A stretch of 64,000 nucleotides of DNA from Planctomycetia bacterium (GCA_026401035.1 JAPLNR010000065.1:3969-67968); one strand, 5' to 3'. Shown: positions 31,289-40,896, numbered from the stretch's first letter. Translations and numbers: made by a program. The notes: generated by a model from the letters alone, not told the origin.

Positions 31289-32110
31289 ATGAATATGGCT
31301 GTGAAAGCATTGGCGGGACGCAAGGGCCTGCCTGAGAAAACCGGCCGCAAGGGCCTTCCTGAGAAAACCGGCCGCAAGGGCCTCTTGGGCCGCAAGGTCG
31401 GAATGACCCAGGTATTCGACGCCGACGGCACCGCGGTGCCGGTCACCGTGATCGAGGCTGGCCCATGCAGCGTCACCATGGTGCGTTCATCCGATCGCGA
31501 CGGCTACTCGGCCGTGCAGCTCGGATTTCTCGACAAGCCGCGCCGGCTCGCCAGCCGCTCGATCCGTGGCCAGGTGGCGAAGCTCGACAGCAAGCGGAGC
31601 AAGCGGCTGTCGGAGGCTGGTGTCACCCTCCTCTCGAAGGCTGATTGCGAGCCCAAGCGTTTTGTCCGCGAGTTTCGGGGCGTGTACGAGGGTGTCGAGG
31701 TGGGGCAGGTGCTCACCGTCGAGCTCTTCGAGGGCGTTGCGAAGGTCGACATTACCGGCACGTCCAAGGGGCGGGGCACGGCGGGCGTGATGAAGCGTCA
31801 CGGTTTCAAGGGCCAGCGTGCCAGCCACGGTGTCAAGAAAGTGCATCGCCATCAGGGCGGTACGGGCATGAACACCTCCCCGGGGCGTGTTTTCAAGGGC
31901 AAGCGGATGGCCGGCCGGATGGGCAACGAGCAGTCCACGATGCGAAACCTGAAGCTCGTGCGGATCGACAAGGATCACAATCTGCTGCTCGTGCGCGGCG
32001 CGATCCCGGGCCCGAATGGCTCGTACGTCGTGGTGCGTCAAACGAACGTGATCAAGCGGGTCGGTGGGCCGGCCACCCCGACCACCAAGAAAAAGGCTGG
32101 TGCGAAGTGA
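31289..32110 (+). CDS. rplC: 50S ribosomal protein L3 with a repeat-containing N-terminal extension
   Basis: KGLLGRKVGMTQVFD, GTSKGRGTAGVMKRHGF.G and a C-terminal VRGA.PG motif. Start is ambiguous (31271 GTG, 31289, 31295 or 31301). No start codon lies between the repeats and the conserved KGLLG. Confidence 0.85.
   Translation: MNMAVKALAGRKGLPEKTGRKGLPEKTGRKGLLGRKVGMTQVFDADGTAVPVTVIEAGPCSVTMVRSSDRDGYSAVQLGFLDKPRRLASRSIRGQVAKLDSKRSKRLSEAGVTLLSKADCEPKRFVREFRGVYEGVEVGQVLTVELFEGVAKVDITGTSKGRGTAGVMKRHGFKGQRASHGVKKVHRHQGGTGMNTSPGRVFKGKRMAGRMGNEQSTMRNLKLVRIDKDHNLLLVRGAIPGPNGSYVVVRQTNVIKRVGGPATPTTKKKAGAK
31319..31399 (+). repeat. 27-bp tandem repeat (2 full units plus a partial) at the 5' end of rplC, encoding GRKGLPEKT GRKGLPEKT GRKGLLGRK
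   Basis: Units start at 31319, 31346 and 31373: cgcaagggcct(g/t)cctgagaaaaccggc. Confidence 0.85.
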
Positions 32111-32895
32111 ATCTTGCCGTCTACGACATGTCGGGCAAAAAGGTCGGGTCCTACGAGATCGATCCCGCCGAATTGGCGCCATCGGTCAGCAAGCAGTTGC
32201 TGCACGATGCAGTCATCATGTACCAGGCCAATCAGCGGCAGGGTACGCAGCGCACGAAGAACCGTGGCGAGGTGGCTGGGTCGACCAAGAAGCTCTACCG
32301 TCAGAAGGGTACGGGCAACGCCCGTGCCGGCGGTCGGCGCAGTGGCACCCGGCGTGGCGGTGGTCACATCTTTGCCAAGCGGCCCCGGGATTTCGGCTGG
32401 CGGATGCCGCGAAAGGCTCTGCAGACGGCCACGCGAATGGCCCTGGCAGCTCGTCTGGCCGACGACGAGGTGAAGCTGATCGACAAGCTTCCGTTGGCTG
32501 CCCCAAAGACCGCGTTGGCCTCGAAACTGCTCGGGGCTCTCGGCCTTCAGGAGCACACCGTGCTCGTGTCGCCGGAGAAGCACGACGACAATCTTTGGAA
32601 GAGTTTCCGGAATATCGAAGGCGTTTCGGTGTCGCCGGTGGGCGAGCTGAATGCCTGGTCGATCCTGCGTCCGCGGGCCATCGTGATGACGACGGCGGCG
32701 ATCGACGCATTTCGTTCGACCATCGCGGCCCGCGCCAAGCCGGCTGCTGCCGCCAAGAAATCTGTCAAGCGATCGGCCGCAAAGCGGAAGGAGCCGGTTG
32801 CCGCAAAGCGATCGGTGAAGTCCGCTGCCAAGTCTGCCGCGAAGGCGGCCAAGCCGCGGTCTGCAGCCGCCGCAGGAAAGAAGAAGGGGGAGTAA
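32107..32895 (+). CDS. rplD: 50S ribosomal protein L4 with a Lys/Ala-rich C-terminal tail
   Basis: GTGA overlap with rplC. QRQGT..TK.R.EV.GS.KK...QKGTG.AR.G. Confidence 0.9.
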   Translation: MNLAVYDMSGKKVGSYEIDPAELAPSVSKQLLHDAVIMYQANQRQGTQRTKNRGEVAGSTKKLYRQKGTGNARAGGRRSGTRRGGGHIFAKRPRDFGWRMPRKALQTATRMALAARLADDEVKLIDKLPLAAPKTALASKLLGALGLQEHTVLVSPEKHDDNLWKSFRNIEGVSVSPVGELNAWSILRPRAIVMTTAAIDAFRSTIAARAKPAAAAKKSVKRSAAKRKEPVAAKRSVKSAAKSAAKAAKPRSAAAAGKKKGE

Positions 32896-32898
32896 GCA

Positions 32899-33219
32899 AT
32901 GTCCGTTCCTGTTCCTCCCGCACCGAGTTTCACGCCACGGCTCGCGCCGCATCAGGTCGTCGTACGGCCGCTCCTCACGGAGAAGGGCATGCACCGCGCG
33001 ACGCGGCACAATGCGTATTCCTTCGAGGTTGCGAAGGAGGCCAACAAGGCCGATGTTCGCCGTGCCATCGAAGAACTGTTCAGCGTGAAGGTCGAGAAGG
33101 TCGCCATTCAAAATCGCGTCGGGAAGGCCCGTCGCAGCCGGATGCGGCGAACGAGCGCCAAGGCCTGGAAGAAGGCTGTCGTGACGCTCAAGCCGGATTT
33201 CAAGATCAACCTGTTCTAG
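32899..33219 (+). CDS. rplW: 50S ribosomal protein L23
   Basis: Position in the operon, and RPLLTEKG......NAYSFEV...ANK.DV..AIEELF.VKV..V. Confidence 0.9.
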   Translation: MSVPVPPAPSFTPRLAPHQVVVRPLLTEKGMHRATRHNAYSFEVAKEANKADVRRAIEELFSVKVEKVAIQNRVGKARRSRMRRTSAKAWKKAVVTLKPDFKINLF

Positions 33220-33234
33220 AAAAGATCAATCGTC

Positions 33235-34092
33235 ATGGGCATTCGCACCTACAATCCAACCAGCCCCGGTCGTCGCAACGCCAGCGTTTCGGACTTCGCC
33301 GAACTCACACCCGGTGCCGAGGTTCCGAAGCACCTGCGGTTTCGTCAGCGGAAGACGGGCGGCCGCAACAACCAGGGCAAGATCACCGCACGGCATCGTG
33401 GTGGCGGCCACAAGCAGCAGTATCGGCTCATCGACTTCCGTCGCAACAAGGACGGCGTGGTCGGCAAGGTCGACTCGATCCAATACGATCCCAACCGCAC
33501 CTGCCGTGTCGCGCTGGTTCACTATGCAGACGGTGAGAAGCGTTTCATTCTGGCTCCCGAAGGCCTGAAGGCCGGGGCGTCCGTGCAGAGCGGCGAGACG
33601 GCTCCGCCTGAGGTCGGCAACTGTCTGCCGATGTCGGCGATTCCGCTCGGCATGCAGATCCACAACATCGAGTTGCAGCAAGGCCGCGGTGGTCGGCTCT
33701 GTCGGTCGGCAGGTTCGTCCGCCGTGCTCGTGGCCCGGGAATCGCAATGGGCTCAGATCACGTTGCCGAGCGGGGAAATTCGCCGCGTTTCGGCGGCCTG
33801 TCGGGCAACGATCGGCGCCATCGGCAACTCAGAGCACATGAACGTGGTGCTCGGCAAGGCGGGTCGCAAGCGTTGGATGGGCATTCGTCCCACCGTTCGT
33901 GGTACGGCGATGAATCCTATCGACCATCCGCACGGTGGTGGTGAAGGCCGGACCAAGGGTGGTCGCCATCCGGTGAGCCCCACCGGCAAGAGCGCCAAGG
34001 GCGGCGGAACGCGGAAGCCGCGGAAGCCGTCGGGTGCATCGATCATTCGCCGTCGCAAGAGCCGCCGGTATGGCCAGTTGAAAATCAGGTAA
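33235..34092 (+). CDS. rplB: 50S ribosomal protein L2
   Basis: [21 protein letters not shown] and [12 protein letters not shown]. Confidence 0.95.
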   Translation: MGIRTYNPTSPGRRNASVSDFAELTPGAEVPKHLRFRQRKTGGRNNQGKITARHRGGGHKQQYRLIDFRRNKDGVVGKVDSIQYDPNRTCRVALVHYADGEKRFILAPEGLKAGASVQSGETAPPEVGNCLPMSAIPLGMQIHNIELQQGRGGRLCRSAGSSAVLVARESQWAQITLPSGEIRRVSAACRATIGAIGNSEHMNVVLGKAGRKRWMGIRPTVRGTAMNPIDHPHGGGEGRTKGGRHPVSPTGKSAKGGGTRKPRKPSGASIIRRRKSRRYGQLKIR

Positions 34093-34156
34093 CGGTTAGG
34101 GCGGCCTGCGGGTCGCCGCAACACAGAGAACCAGCCGTCAGGCTGCCAAAGAAATC

Positions 34157-34444
34157 ATGGGACGTAGCGCAAAAAAAGGACCGTTCATCGACCCGCGCCT
34201 CTTCGAAAAGGTCGAGGCGCAGTTGTCGTCGGGCAAACGCGATCCGATCAAAACCTGGGCTCGGGCCTGCACGATCGTGCCTGAATTCATCGGCCTGACG
34301 TTCATGGTTCACAACGGCAAGCAGCACGTGAAGGTGTTCGTGACGGAAGACATGGTCGGTCACAAACTCGGTGAGTTCTCGCCGACGCGGACATTCCGCG
34401 GCCACGGCGGCAAGGTGAAGGAAGCGGCTCCTGCCGGCAAGTAG
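34157..34444 (+). CDS. rpsS: 30S ribosomal protein S19
   Basis: GRS.KKGPF.D and V.NG......[17 protein letters not shown]. Confidence 0.95.
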   Translation: MGRSAKKGPFIDPRLFEKVEAQLSSGKRDPIKTWARACTIVPEFIGLTFMVHNGKQHVKVFVTEDMVGHKLGEFSPTRTFRGHGGKVKEAAPAGK

Positions 34445-34457
34445 GAACAGGTGATTC

Positions 34458-34793
34458 ATGCCATACACAGCCACCCATAAATATGCCCGGATCAGCGCCC
34501 GCAAGGTGCGTGCGCTGGCGGACCTCGTGCGCGGCAAGTTTGCCGACGAGGCGCTCGACATCCTTCGGTTTCAGCCGCACCGCGGGGCGCGGATGCTGGA
34601 GAAGGTGATCAAAAGCGCGCTCGGCAATGCGGAGCACAAGCAGGCATCCGGAGTGGACGACCTGGTGGTCGTCGACGCCCGTGTCGATCAGGGGCCAATG
34701 TTCAAGCGGATCCGTCCCCGGGCCCGCGGCATGGCGTTTGGAATCAAGCGGCGGACATCGCACATCAAGGTCGCGCTCGACAGCGCCGAGTAA
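34458..34793 (+). CDS. rplV: 50S ribosomal protein L22
   Basis: ARISARKVR.LADLVRGK....AL.IL.F and R..PRA.G.A..I..RTSHI.V. Confidence 0.95.
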   Translation: MPYTATHKYARISARKVRALADLVRGKFADEALDILRFQPHRGARMLEKVIKSALGNAEHKQASGVDDLVVVDARVDQGPMFKRIRPRARGMAFGIKRRTSHIKVALDSAE

Positions 34794-34821
34794 TCAAGGA
34801 ACCAGAGGAAGGCATTTTCCC

Positions 34822-35517
34822 ATGGGCCAAAAAGTCAATCCAATCGGTTTCCGCACCGGCATCACCGAGCCGTGGAAGAGCCGTTGGTATGCCGCCAAGA
34901 AGGACTTCCGCGATCTGCTGATGGAAGACTTCCGTGTGCGGAAGTTCCTCAAGACGAAGTACCGCGCTGCGGCGATCCCGAAGGTGGAGATCGAGCGGAC
35001 GCGTGACGAGGTGAAGGTGATTCTCCACTCGGCCCGTCCGGGCGTGATCATCGGCCGCAAGGGGCAGGAGGTCGATCGGCTGCAGGACGAGCTCCAGGAG
35101 CTGCTCGGCCGGCGTGTAAACCTCAAGGTGGAGGAAGTCTCGCGGCCCGAGATCATGGCGCAGCTGATCGCCGAGGACATTGCCGATCAGCTCGTCAAGC
35201 GGGCGGCTTTTCGCCGAACGCTCAAGCGGTCGATCGACACCACCATGGATGCGGGCGCCAAGGGCGTGAAGATTCAATTGTCGGGCCGGCTGGGTGGTGC
35301 GGAAATGTCGCGCTGCGAGAAGGCGATTGCCGGCTCGATGCCGCTGTCGACCTTGCGGGCAAAGATTGATTACGGCTTCTGCGAGGCTCCCACCGCGCAG
35401 GGGAACATCGGAATTCAAGTGTGGGTCAACCAAGGCATGTACGAGGAGAACGGCGATGGCGCTGATGCCCAAGAGGGTCAAGCACCGAAAAAGCCAAAGA
35501 GGTCGTATAAGAGGTGA
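34822..35517 (+). CDS. rpsC: 30S ribosomal protein S3
   Basis: MGQKVNPIGFR.GI...W.S.WYA, a KH domain, and GAKG.KI..SGRLGGAEM.R. Confidence 0.95.
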   Translation: MGQKVNPIGFRTGITEPWKSRWYAAKKDFRDLLMEDFRVRKFLKTKYRAAAIPKVEIERTRDEVKVILHSARPGVIIGRKGQEVDRLQDELQELLGRRVNLKVEEVSRPEIMAQLIAEDIADQLVKRAAFRRTLKRSIDTTMDAGAKGVKIQLSGRLGGAEMSRCEKAIAGSMPLSTLRAKIDYGFCEAPTAQGNIGIQVWVNQGMYEENGDGADAQEGQAPKKPKRSYKR

Positions 35518-35872
35518 TGCCTCTCGCGGCAATCGCGTCGTCTTCGGTGATTTCGGCCTTCAGGCCGAACAGCCGGGGTGGCTGCCTGCCGCGACGATCG
35601 AAGCAGGCCGCATTGCGGCCCAGCAGTACCTCCGTACGGAGGGCAGGCTCTACGTGCGCGTGTTTCCCCATAAGTCGATTACGTCCATCCCGCTCGAAAC
35701 GCGAATGGGCAAAGGCAAGGGCGAGCCTGAGTTTTGGGCTGCGGTCATCAAGCCGGGCACGATTCTCTACGAGATCGGCGGCGTGTCGGAAGACGCGGCG
35801 CGGCTCTGCTTGTCTCGCCTCGCGCACAAGATGCCGCTGCGGGTGCGGTTCGTGAAGCGGCGGGTAATGTAA
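35456..35872 (+). CDS. rplP: 50S ribosomal protein L16
   Basis: M.PKR.K.RK.QRGR..G......V.FG.FGL.A and R.G.GKG.PE.W.A.IKPG. aggag lies 7 nt upstream. Overlaps the rpsC 3' end. Confidence 0.9.
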   Translation: MALMPKRVKHRKSQRGRIRGDASRGNRVVFGDFGLQAEQPGWLPAATIEAGRIAAQQYLRTEGRLYVRVFPHKSITSIPLETRMGKGKGEPEFWAAVIKPGTILYEIGGVSEDAARLCLSRLAHKMPLRVRFVKRRVM

Positions 35873-35883
35873 GGAAGACATCT

Positions 35884-36171
35884 ATGACCAAGACGACAGA
35901 CATTCGCGAAATGAGCGACGAGCAGATCCGCCTCGTGTGGAAAGACGCATCGGAGTCGCTGTTTCGCCTGAAGCTGCAGGCCCAGGCGGAGAAGCTGGCC
36001 GCGCCGACGGAGGTGCGGAAGAATCGTCGCACGATCGCCCGCTGCCAAACAATTCTCAAGGAACGCGGCAGCGTCGTAGCGACGGCTGTTGGGCCCGACG
36101 GGGCCGCGATTCCGGAGGCGGTGTTGGCCACCGGCCGTCGGTCGAAAAAACGAACAAAGAGTGGAAAGTAA
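35884..36171 (+). CDS. rpmC: 50S ribosomal protein L29 (with C-terminal extension)
   Basis: Operon position and IREMSDEQI......ESLFRLK.Q. Confidence 0.85.
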   Translation: MTKTTDIREMSDEQIRLVWKDASESLFRLKLQAQAEKLAAPTEVRKNRRTIARCQTILKERGSVVATAVGPDGAAIPEAVLATGRRSKKRTKSGK

Positions 36172-36186
36172 TCCAGGAATTTCCCC

Positions 36187-36549
36187 ATGCCCAAGCGTAC
36201 CGAAACCGGAACGGTGACCAGCGCCGCCTCGAGCAAGACCCGCCGCGTGGAGATTCCGCGCGTGGTTCAGCACTCGAAGTACAGCCGCATCCAGCACCGC
36301 CGCACCGTCTGCCACGTGCACGACGAGCAGGAGGAGTCGAAAATCGGCGATACCGTCGAGATCATCGAATGCCGGCCGCGCAGTCGGCTGAAGCGGTGGG
36401 AACTCGTGCGGGTGGTGTCCAAGAGCACGGCCGTCGATCTGGCCTCGCTCCGCAGCGGTGCGCGGGCAACGCAACTCAAGGAAACGGCCGCGAAGGCTGA
36501 AGAGGCGGCGGCCACGGGCCGGACCGCGCAGGAAGGAACCGCAACATGA
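36187..36549 (+). CDS. rpsQ: 30S ribosomal protein S17 (with C-terminal extension)
   Basis: G.V.S....KT..V.I.R...H.KY.R......K...HDE..E...GD.V.I.ECRP.S..K.W.LV. Confidence 0.9.
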   Translation: MPKRTETGTVTSAASSKTRRVEIPRVVQHSKYSRIQHRRTVCHVHDEQEESKIGDTVEIIECRPRSRLKRWELVRVVSKSTAVDLASLRSGARATQLKETAAKAEEAAATGRTAQEGTAT

Positions 36550-36914
36550 TCCAGATGCAAACCCGGCTCGTCGTAGCCGACAACACCGGCGCCAAGGAAG
36601 TGATGTGCTTCAAGGTGCTCGGCGGCAGCAAGAAGCGCACGGCCGGCCTGGGCGACATCATCGTCTGCAGCGTGAAGAGCGTGATTCCCGGAAGCGATGT
36701 GAAGAAGAAGGCGGTGGTGAAGGCGGTAATCGTTCGCTGCAAGCGGCCGACGCGCCGCGGCGATGGCAGTTACGTGCAGTTCGACACGAATGCCTGCGTG
36801 ATCATCGACAACGAAAAGAATCCCAAAGGCACCCGCATATTCGGTGCGGTGGCCCGTGAACTGCGCGACCGCAATTTCATGAAGATCGTCAGTCTGGCGA
36901 ACGAGGTGGTGTGA
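36546..36914 (+). CDS. rplN: 50S ribosomal protein L14
   Basis: [24 protein letters not shown] and [10 protein letters not shown]...[10 protein letters not shown]. Confidence 0.95.
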   Translation: MIQMQTRLVVADNTGAKEVMCFKVLGGSKKRTAGLGDIIVCSVKSVIPGSDVKKKAVVKAVIVRCKRPTRRGDGSYVQFDTNACVIIDNEKNPKGTRIFGAVARELRDRNFMKIVSLANEVV

Positions 36915-37267
36915 TGTTGATTCGATCGGGCGATCTCGTCGAGGTGAAAACGGGCAACTCGCGTGGCACGCGGGCCAAGGTGCTCGCCGTGCAGCCCGAA
37001 AAGGGCAAACTCGTGGTGGAGGGCGTCAATCGCGTCTACCGCCACGTGAAGCGGAGCCAGAAGAACCAGCAGGGCGGCCGCCTCAGCAAGGAAATGCCGG
37101 TCGATGCCTCAAACGTGCTGGTCGTCTGTACGGCCTGCAGCAAGGCGACGCGGATTGGTGTGAAGGTTGCGGCCGACGGCGGCAGGTCGCGGGTCTGCCG
37201 AAAGTGCGGCTCCGATCTGGGTGTGCTCAAGCGGCCCAAGGCCGCGAAGGCGACGGCAAAGAAATAA
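36911..37267 (+). CDS. rplX: 50S ribosomal protein L24 (carries CxxC...CxxC)
   Basis: GD.V.V..G..RG...KVL.V.P....L.VEGVN and the operon position. Contains CTAC..(19 aa)..CRKC. Confidence 0.9.
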   Translation: MMLIRSGDLVEVKTGNSRGTRAKVLAVQPEKGKLVVEGVNRVYRHVKRSQKNQQGGRLSKEMPVDASNVLVVCTACSKATRIGVKVAADGGRSRVCRKCGSDLGVLKRPKAAKATAKK

Positions 37268-37305
37268 TCAGTCAGCAGCGAACTACAGGGCAAGGGATAG
37301 TTTCG

Positions 37306-37923
37306 ATGGCAAAGAAAACGAAAGCAGCCGCAGCAGTAACGGCCGGTCCGGCCGGCTCACCGCGCATGCTCGACCATTACATCAACACGGTCCGGCCGGC
37401 ATTGGCCACCGAATTCAAGCGAACGAATCCCCATGCGATTCCGAAGCTTGAAAAGATCGTGGTGAACATGGGGGTCGGCGTCGCCGTCACGGAAAAGAAA
37501 TACCTGGAGGAGGCGCTGAGCGCCATGGCCCAGGTGACAGGCCAGAAGCCGATCGCCACCCTCTCGAAGGTTGCAGTGTCTGGTTTCAAACTGCGTGAAA
37601 ACCTGCCAATTGGCTGCAAAGTCACGCTGCGGGGCAGGCGGATGTACGAATTCCTGGATCGGCTCGTGTCGGTGGCACTGCCCCGGGTTCGCGATTTTCG
37701 CGGACTTTCGAGCACGGCATTCGACGGCCATGGCAACTACAGCCTCGGGCTCTCCGAACAGATGGTCTTTCCCGAGATCAACCCCGACAAATACACCCGA
37801 CCACAGGGCATGAACATCACGCTCGTCACATCGGCACGAAGCGACGACGAGGCGCGGGCCTTCCTGCGGGCGATGGGAGTTCCGCTCAAGAAAGACGACG
37901 AAGATGGTGGTGCCGCAGCGTAG
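37306..37923 (+). CDS. rplE: 50S ribosomal protein L5
   Basis: P.LEKIVVNMGVG, F.LRE..PIG.KVTLRG..MYEFLDRL, RDFRGLS..AFDG.GNY..G..E...FPEI. Confidence 0.95.
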   Translation: MAKKTKAAAAVTAGPAGSPRMLDHYINTVRPALATEFKRTNPHAIPKLEKIVVNMGVGVAVTEKKYLEEALSAMAQVTGQKPIATLSKVAVSGFKLRENLPIGCKVTLRGRRMYEFLDRLVSVALPRVRDFRGLSSTAFDGHGNYSLGLSEQMVFPEINPDKYTRPQGMNITLVTSARSDDEARAFLRAMGVPLKKDDEDGGAAA

Positions 37924-37984
37924 CGGCATGTGGACGATTGACTGAATCGCGGCTTTCCCCGGGCCGCTGGCATTGGAAACGAGT

Positions 37985-38170
37985 ATGGCAAGCAAGTCGA
38001 AAATCGCAGCCGCCAAGCGGCCGCCCAAGTTTTCCACGCGAAAAGTGCACCGCTGCATGCTCTGTGGACGGCCACGGGCCGTGTACCGCAAGTTTGGCAC
38101 TTGCCGTATCTGTTTCCGAAAGCTCGCTGATCAAGGACTCATCCCGGGCGTTCGCAAGGCTAGTTGGTAG
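37985..38170 (+). CDS. rpsN: 30S ribosomal protein S14, short zinc-binding (type Z) form, 61 aa
   Basis: [39 protein letters not shown]. Confidence 0.95.
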   Translation: MASKSKIAAAKRPPKFSTRKVHRCMLCGRPRAVYRKFGTCRICFRKLADQGLIPGVRKASW

Positions 38171-38203
38171 GGTTCACCGTTTTTAAGCAAAGGCTCTTTT
38201 GAC

Positions 38204-38599
38204 ATGATGACCGACCCCATCGCCGACATGCTCACCCGCATCCGCAACGCGGTGCGCATCGAACGCGCCACCGTGGAGATTCCTAGTTCCAAGGTGAAGC
38301 GTGGCGTCGCTGACGTGCTGAAGCGGGAAGGGTTTATCTGGGACTGGCGCGAGGTCGAGTCGGAGCCGGTCGCCAAATTGCAACTCGAATTGAAGTATGG
38401 ACCCAATGGCGAGCGGTTGATCCGCAACATTCGACGTGTCAGTTCGCCGGGCAAACGGGTGTACAGCCGGTCGGTACGGCTGCGTCCCATTCTGGGAGGA
38501 CTCGGGATTTCGATCCTGTCGACTTCCAGCGGCGTGGTGAGCGATCGCGAAGCTCGGCAGCGGAAGCTCGGGGGCGAAGTGCTCTGCGAGCTCTGGTAA
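38204..38599 (+). CDS. rpsH: 30S ribosomal protein S8
   Basis: M.DPIADMLTRIRNA and G..ILSTS.GV..D..AR...LGGEVLC..W. Confidence 0.95.
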   Translation: MMTDPIADMLTRIRNAVRIERATVEIPSSKVKRGVADVLKREGFIWDWREVESEPVAKLQLELKYGPNGERLIRNIRRVSSPGKRVYSRSVRLRPILGGLGISILSTSSGVVSDREARQRKLGGEVLCELW

Positions 38600-38618
38600 T
38601 TCAGAAAGGCACAGTCAA

Positions 38619-39164
38619 ATGTCGCGTATTGGCAAATCACCCGTGCAGATCCCCAAGGGAGTGAAGGTGGCCATTGAGGCCGGCTCGCTCAAGGTGGAAG
38701 GACCGCTCGGCAAGCTCGAGCAGCAGGTGCATCCCGCTGTGGGTGTCGAGATCGACCAGGCCGCGGGTGTGCTCCAAGTCACACGGGCGGACGACAATCG
38801 GATCTCTCGTTCGCTTCACGGTCTGACGCGGGCATTGGCCGCCAATATGGTAGAGGGCGTTACGAAGGGCTACGAAAAGAAGCTCGAGATCGTCGGCGTC
38901 GGTTACATAGCCGCCATTCAGAAAAACACGCTGCAGCTTCGCGTCGGCTTTGCCAACGAACTGCAGGTTCCGATCCCCGCGGGTCTCAACGTGGCCTGTC
39001 CTGACCAGACGCACATCGTCATCAAGGGCATCGACAAACAACTCGTCGGCCAGTTTGCCGCCGAGGTGCGATCGCTGCGAAAGCCCGAGCCTTATAAGGG
39101 GAAGGGCATCCGCTACGAGAACGAGCAGGTCCGCCGCAAGGCCGGCAAGGCCGTCACGAAGTAA
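38619..39164 (+). CDS. rplF: 50S ribosomal protein L6
   Basis: MSRIGK.PV.IP.GVKV and PEPYKGKGIRY..E.V.RKAGK. Confidence 0.95.
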   Translation: MSRIGKSPVQIPKGVKVAIEAGSLKVEGPLGKLEQQVHPAVGVEIDQAAGVLQVTRADDNRISRSLHGLTRALAANMVEGVTKGYEKKLEIVGVGYIAAIQKNTLQLRVGFANELQVPIPAGLNVACPDQTHIVIKGIDKQLVGQFAAEVRSLRKPEPYKGKGIRYENEQVRRKAGKAVTK

Positions 39165-39226
39165 ACCACCGTTTCCACTGATTCAACCATTCACGAACGT
39201 TTCCCCACACAGACTGCCCCGCTCCC

Positions 39227-39595
39227 ATGGACCATTCCCGCACGATTCTCCGACAGCGGCTGCGACGCCGCCACCGCGTTCGTCGCCACATCCGCGGCAC
39301 CACGGAACGGCCACGACTGGCCGTGTTTCGCACGCACAAGCATATCTATGCCCAGATCATCGACGACTCCGTCGGTCGCACGCTGATCTCGGCGAGTTCG
39401 ATGGACAAGCAGATCCGCGACGCCGTGGCGTTCGGCGGCAACAAGCAGGCTGCCGAAGCGATCGGCAAGGCCGTGGCCGAGCGGGCCAAGGCAGCCGGCG
39501 TGACGAAGGTCTGCTTCGACCGCGGTGAGTTCCGTTACCACGGCCGCGTGGCCGCCCTTGCCGATGCGGCCCGTGCGGCAGGCCTCGAATTCTGA
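39227..39595 (+). CDS. rplR: 50S ribosomal protein L18
   Basis: RPRL.VFR...HIYAQ.IDD..G.TL..AS and FDRG...[16 protein letters not shown]. Confidence 0.95.
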   Translation: MDHSRTILRQRLRRRHRVRRHIRGTTERPRLAVFRTHKHIYAQIIDDSVGRTLISASSMDKQIRDAVAFGGNKQAAEAIGKAVAERAKAAGVTKVCFDRGEFRYHGRVAALADAARAAGLEF

Positions 39596-39647
39596 TCCTG
39601 GATAAGCCCCTCAAGTCCCAGCCCACTTTCATCGGAGAATTCCAGAC

Positions 39648-40211
39648 GTGTCGAGCGGAACAAGCAGAGATTCACGTGGCGGTGGCGGGCCCCGGGGTGG
39701 CGACCGTGGTCCCGGCCGCGGCGGCGACCGCGGTATGGGTCAGTCCGGCGAGTTTGCCGAAAAGGTCGTCAAGGTGCGGCGTTGTGCCACGGTCGTGAAG
39801 GGCGGGCGACGGTTCAGTTTCGCCGGGCTCGTGGTCGTGGGCAATGGACGCGGCAAGGTCGGCTGTGGCTATGCCAAGGCCAACGAAGTGCCGCCGGCCG
39901 TGGAGAAGGCGATCAAGGACGGCATGAAGAATCTGATCGAAGTGCCCATCGAGTCGGGCACGATTCCGCATCGCGTCGAAGGCACCAGTGGCACGGCGAA
40001 GGTGATCCTCCTGCCGGCCAGTGCTGGTACGGGCATCATTGCCGGCGCGGCCGTTCGGGCGGTTTGTGAATCAGCAGGTATTCGCGACGTGTTGACCAAG
40101 GCCCATGGTTCGACCAACCCCATCAATCTGGTGAAGGCGGCCCTCGAGGCGCTCAAGCAGTTGCGCACGCGGAGCGAAGTCGAGCGGCTGCGCGGCGTGT
40201 CGCTGTCGTAG
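39648..40211 (+). CDS. rpsE: 30S ribosomal protein S5 (Arg/Gly-rich N-terminal extension)
   Basis: GTG start. V.RC..VVKGGRRFSF..LVVVGN..G.VG.G.GKA.EV..A..KA. Confidence 0.95.
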   Translation: MSSGTSRDSRGGGGPRGGDRGPGRGGDRGMGQSGEFAEKVVKVRRCATVVKGGRRFSFAGLVVVGNGRGKVGCGYAKANEVPPAVEKAIKDGMKNLIEVPIESGTIPHRVEGTSGTAKVILLPASAGTGIIAGAAVRAVCESAGIRDVLTKAHGSTNPINLVKAALEALKQLRTRSEVERLRGVSLS

Positions 40212-40246
40212 ATGCCCAGAGAAGAGACAGAAAAAAGGAATCCATC

Positions 40247-40762
40247 ATGAAGATCAGCGACGTGAACCGGGGCATCAAGAAAAACCGCAAGCGGATGCGC
40301 ATCGGCCGCGGACCTGGTTCCGGCAAGGGCAAGACGTCCGGACGCGGCCATAAGGGTCAGGGCCAGTTGGCCGGCTGGTCATCGCCCGCGATCTTCGAGG
40401 GTGGCCGGATGCCAATCATCCGGCAGATCCCCAAGCGTGGTTTTCACAACAGCCATGGACGGATCGTGGCCGGTGTCAACGTCGATGATCTGGAGGTCTG
40501 CTTTGCCGCCGGCGCCGAAGTGAACCCGAAGACGCTCAAGGAGGCCGGCCTCGCCAAGGGGATCTGGCATGAATTGAAGATTCTCGGCGACGGAAAGCTT
40601 GGCAAGGCGCTGAAGGTTTCCGCGCATCATTTCAGTGCTCAGGCCCGTGAAAAAATCCTGGCAGCGGGCGGCACCGTGACGGAACTTTCCGGCCCGGCAG
40701 CCGTGGTAAAGGGTGTGCGGAAGGTAAAGCCGAAGACAGCCCGCAAGAAGCCGACTGTGTAG
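40247..40762 (+). CDS. rplO: 50S ribosomal protein L15
   Basis: R.GRG.GSGKGKT.GRGHKGQ and FEGG.MP...IPKRGF. Confidence 0.95.
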   Translation: MKISDVNRGIKKNRKRMRIGRGPGSGKGKTSGRGHKGQGQLAGWSSPAIFEGGRMPIIRQIPKRGFHNSHGRIVAGVNVDDLEVCFAAGAEVNPKTLKEAGLAKGIWHELKILGDGKLGKALKVSAHHFSAQAREKILAAGGTVTELSGPAAVVKGVRKVKPKTARKKPTV

Positions 40763-40896
40763 CCTGCCGGCCATTGGGGTAGGCTGTTGCCCCGCGGTGA
40801 TGGCCTGTTCCCAGTGACTGCCGTCTGGCGCCGGATTGCCAGACGCTGCTTTACGAGGCACGCTGGGTCGCAAAGCACCCTTAAGGAGTTGGTCAC

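Noticed and set aside
31132-31335. 67-aa ORF inside the rpsJ-rplC spacer
   Set aside because: No RBS or homology. It overlaps the rplC start region, is of mixed composition, and is more likely non-coding leader RNA.
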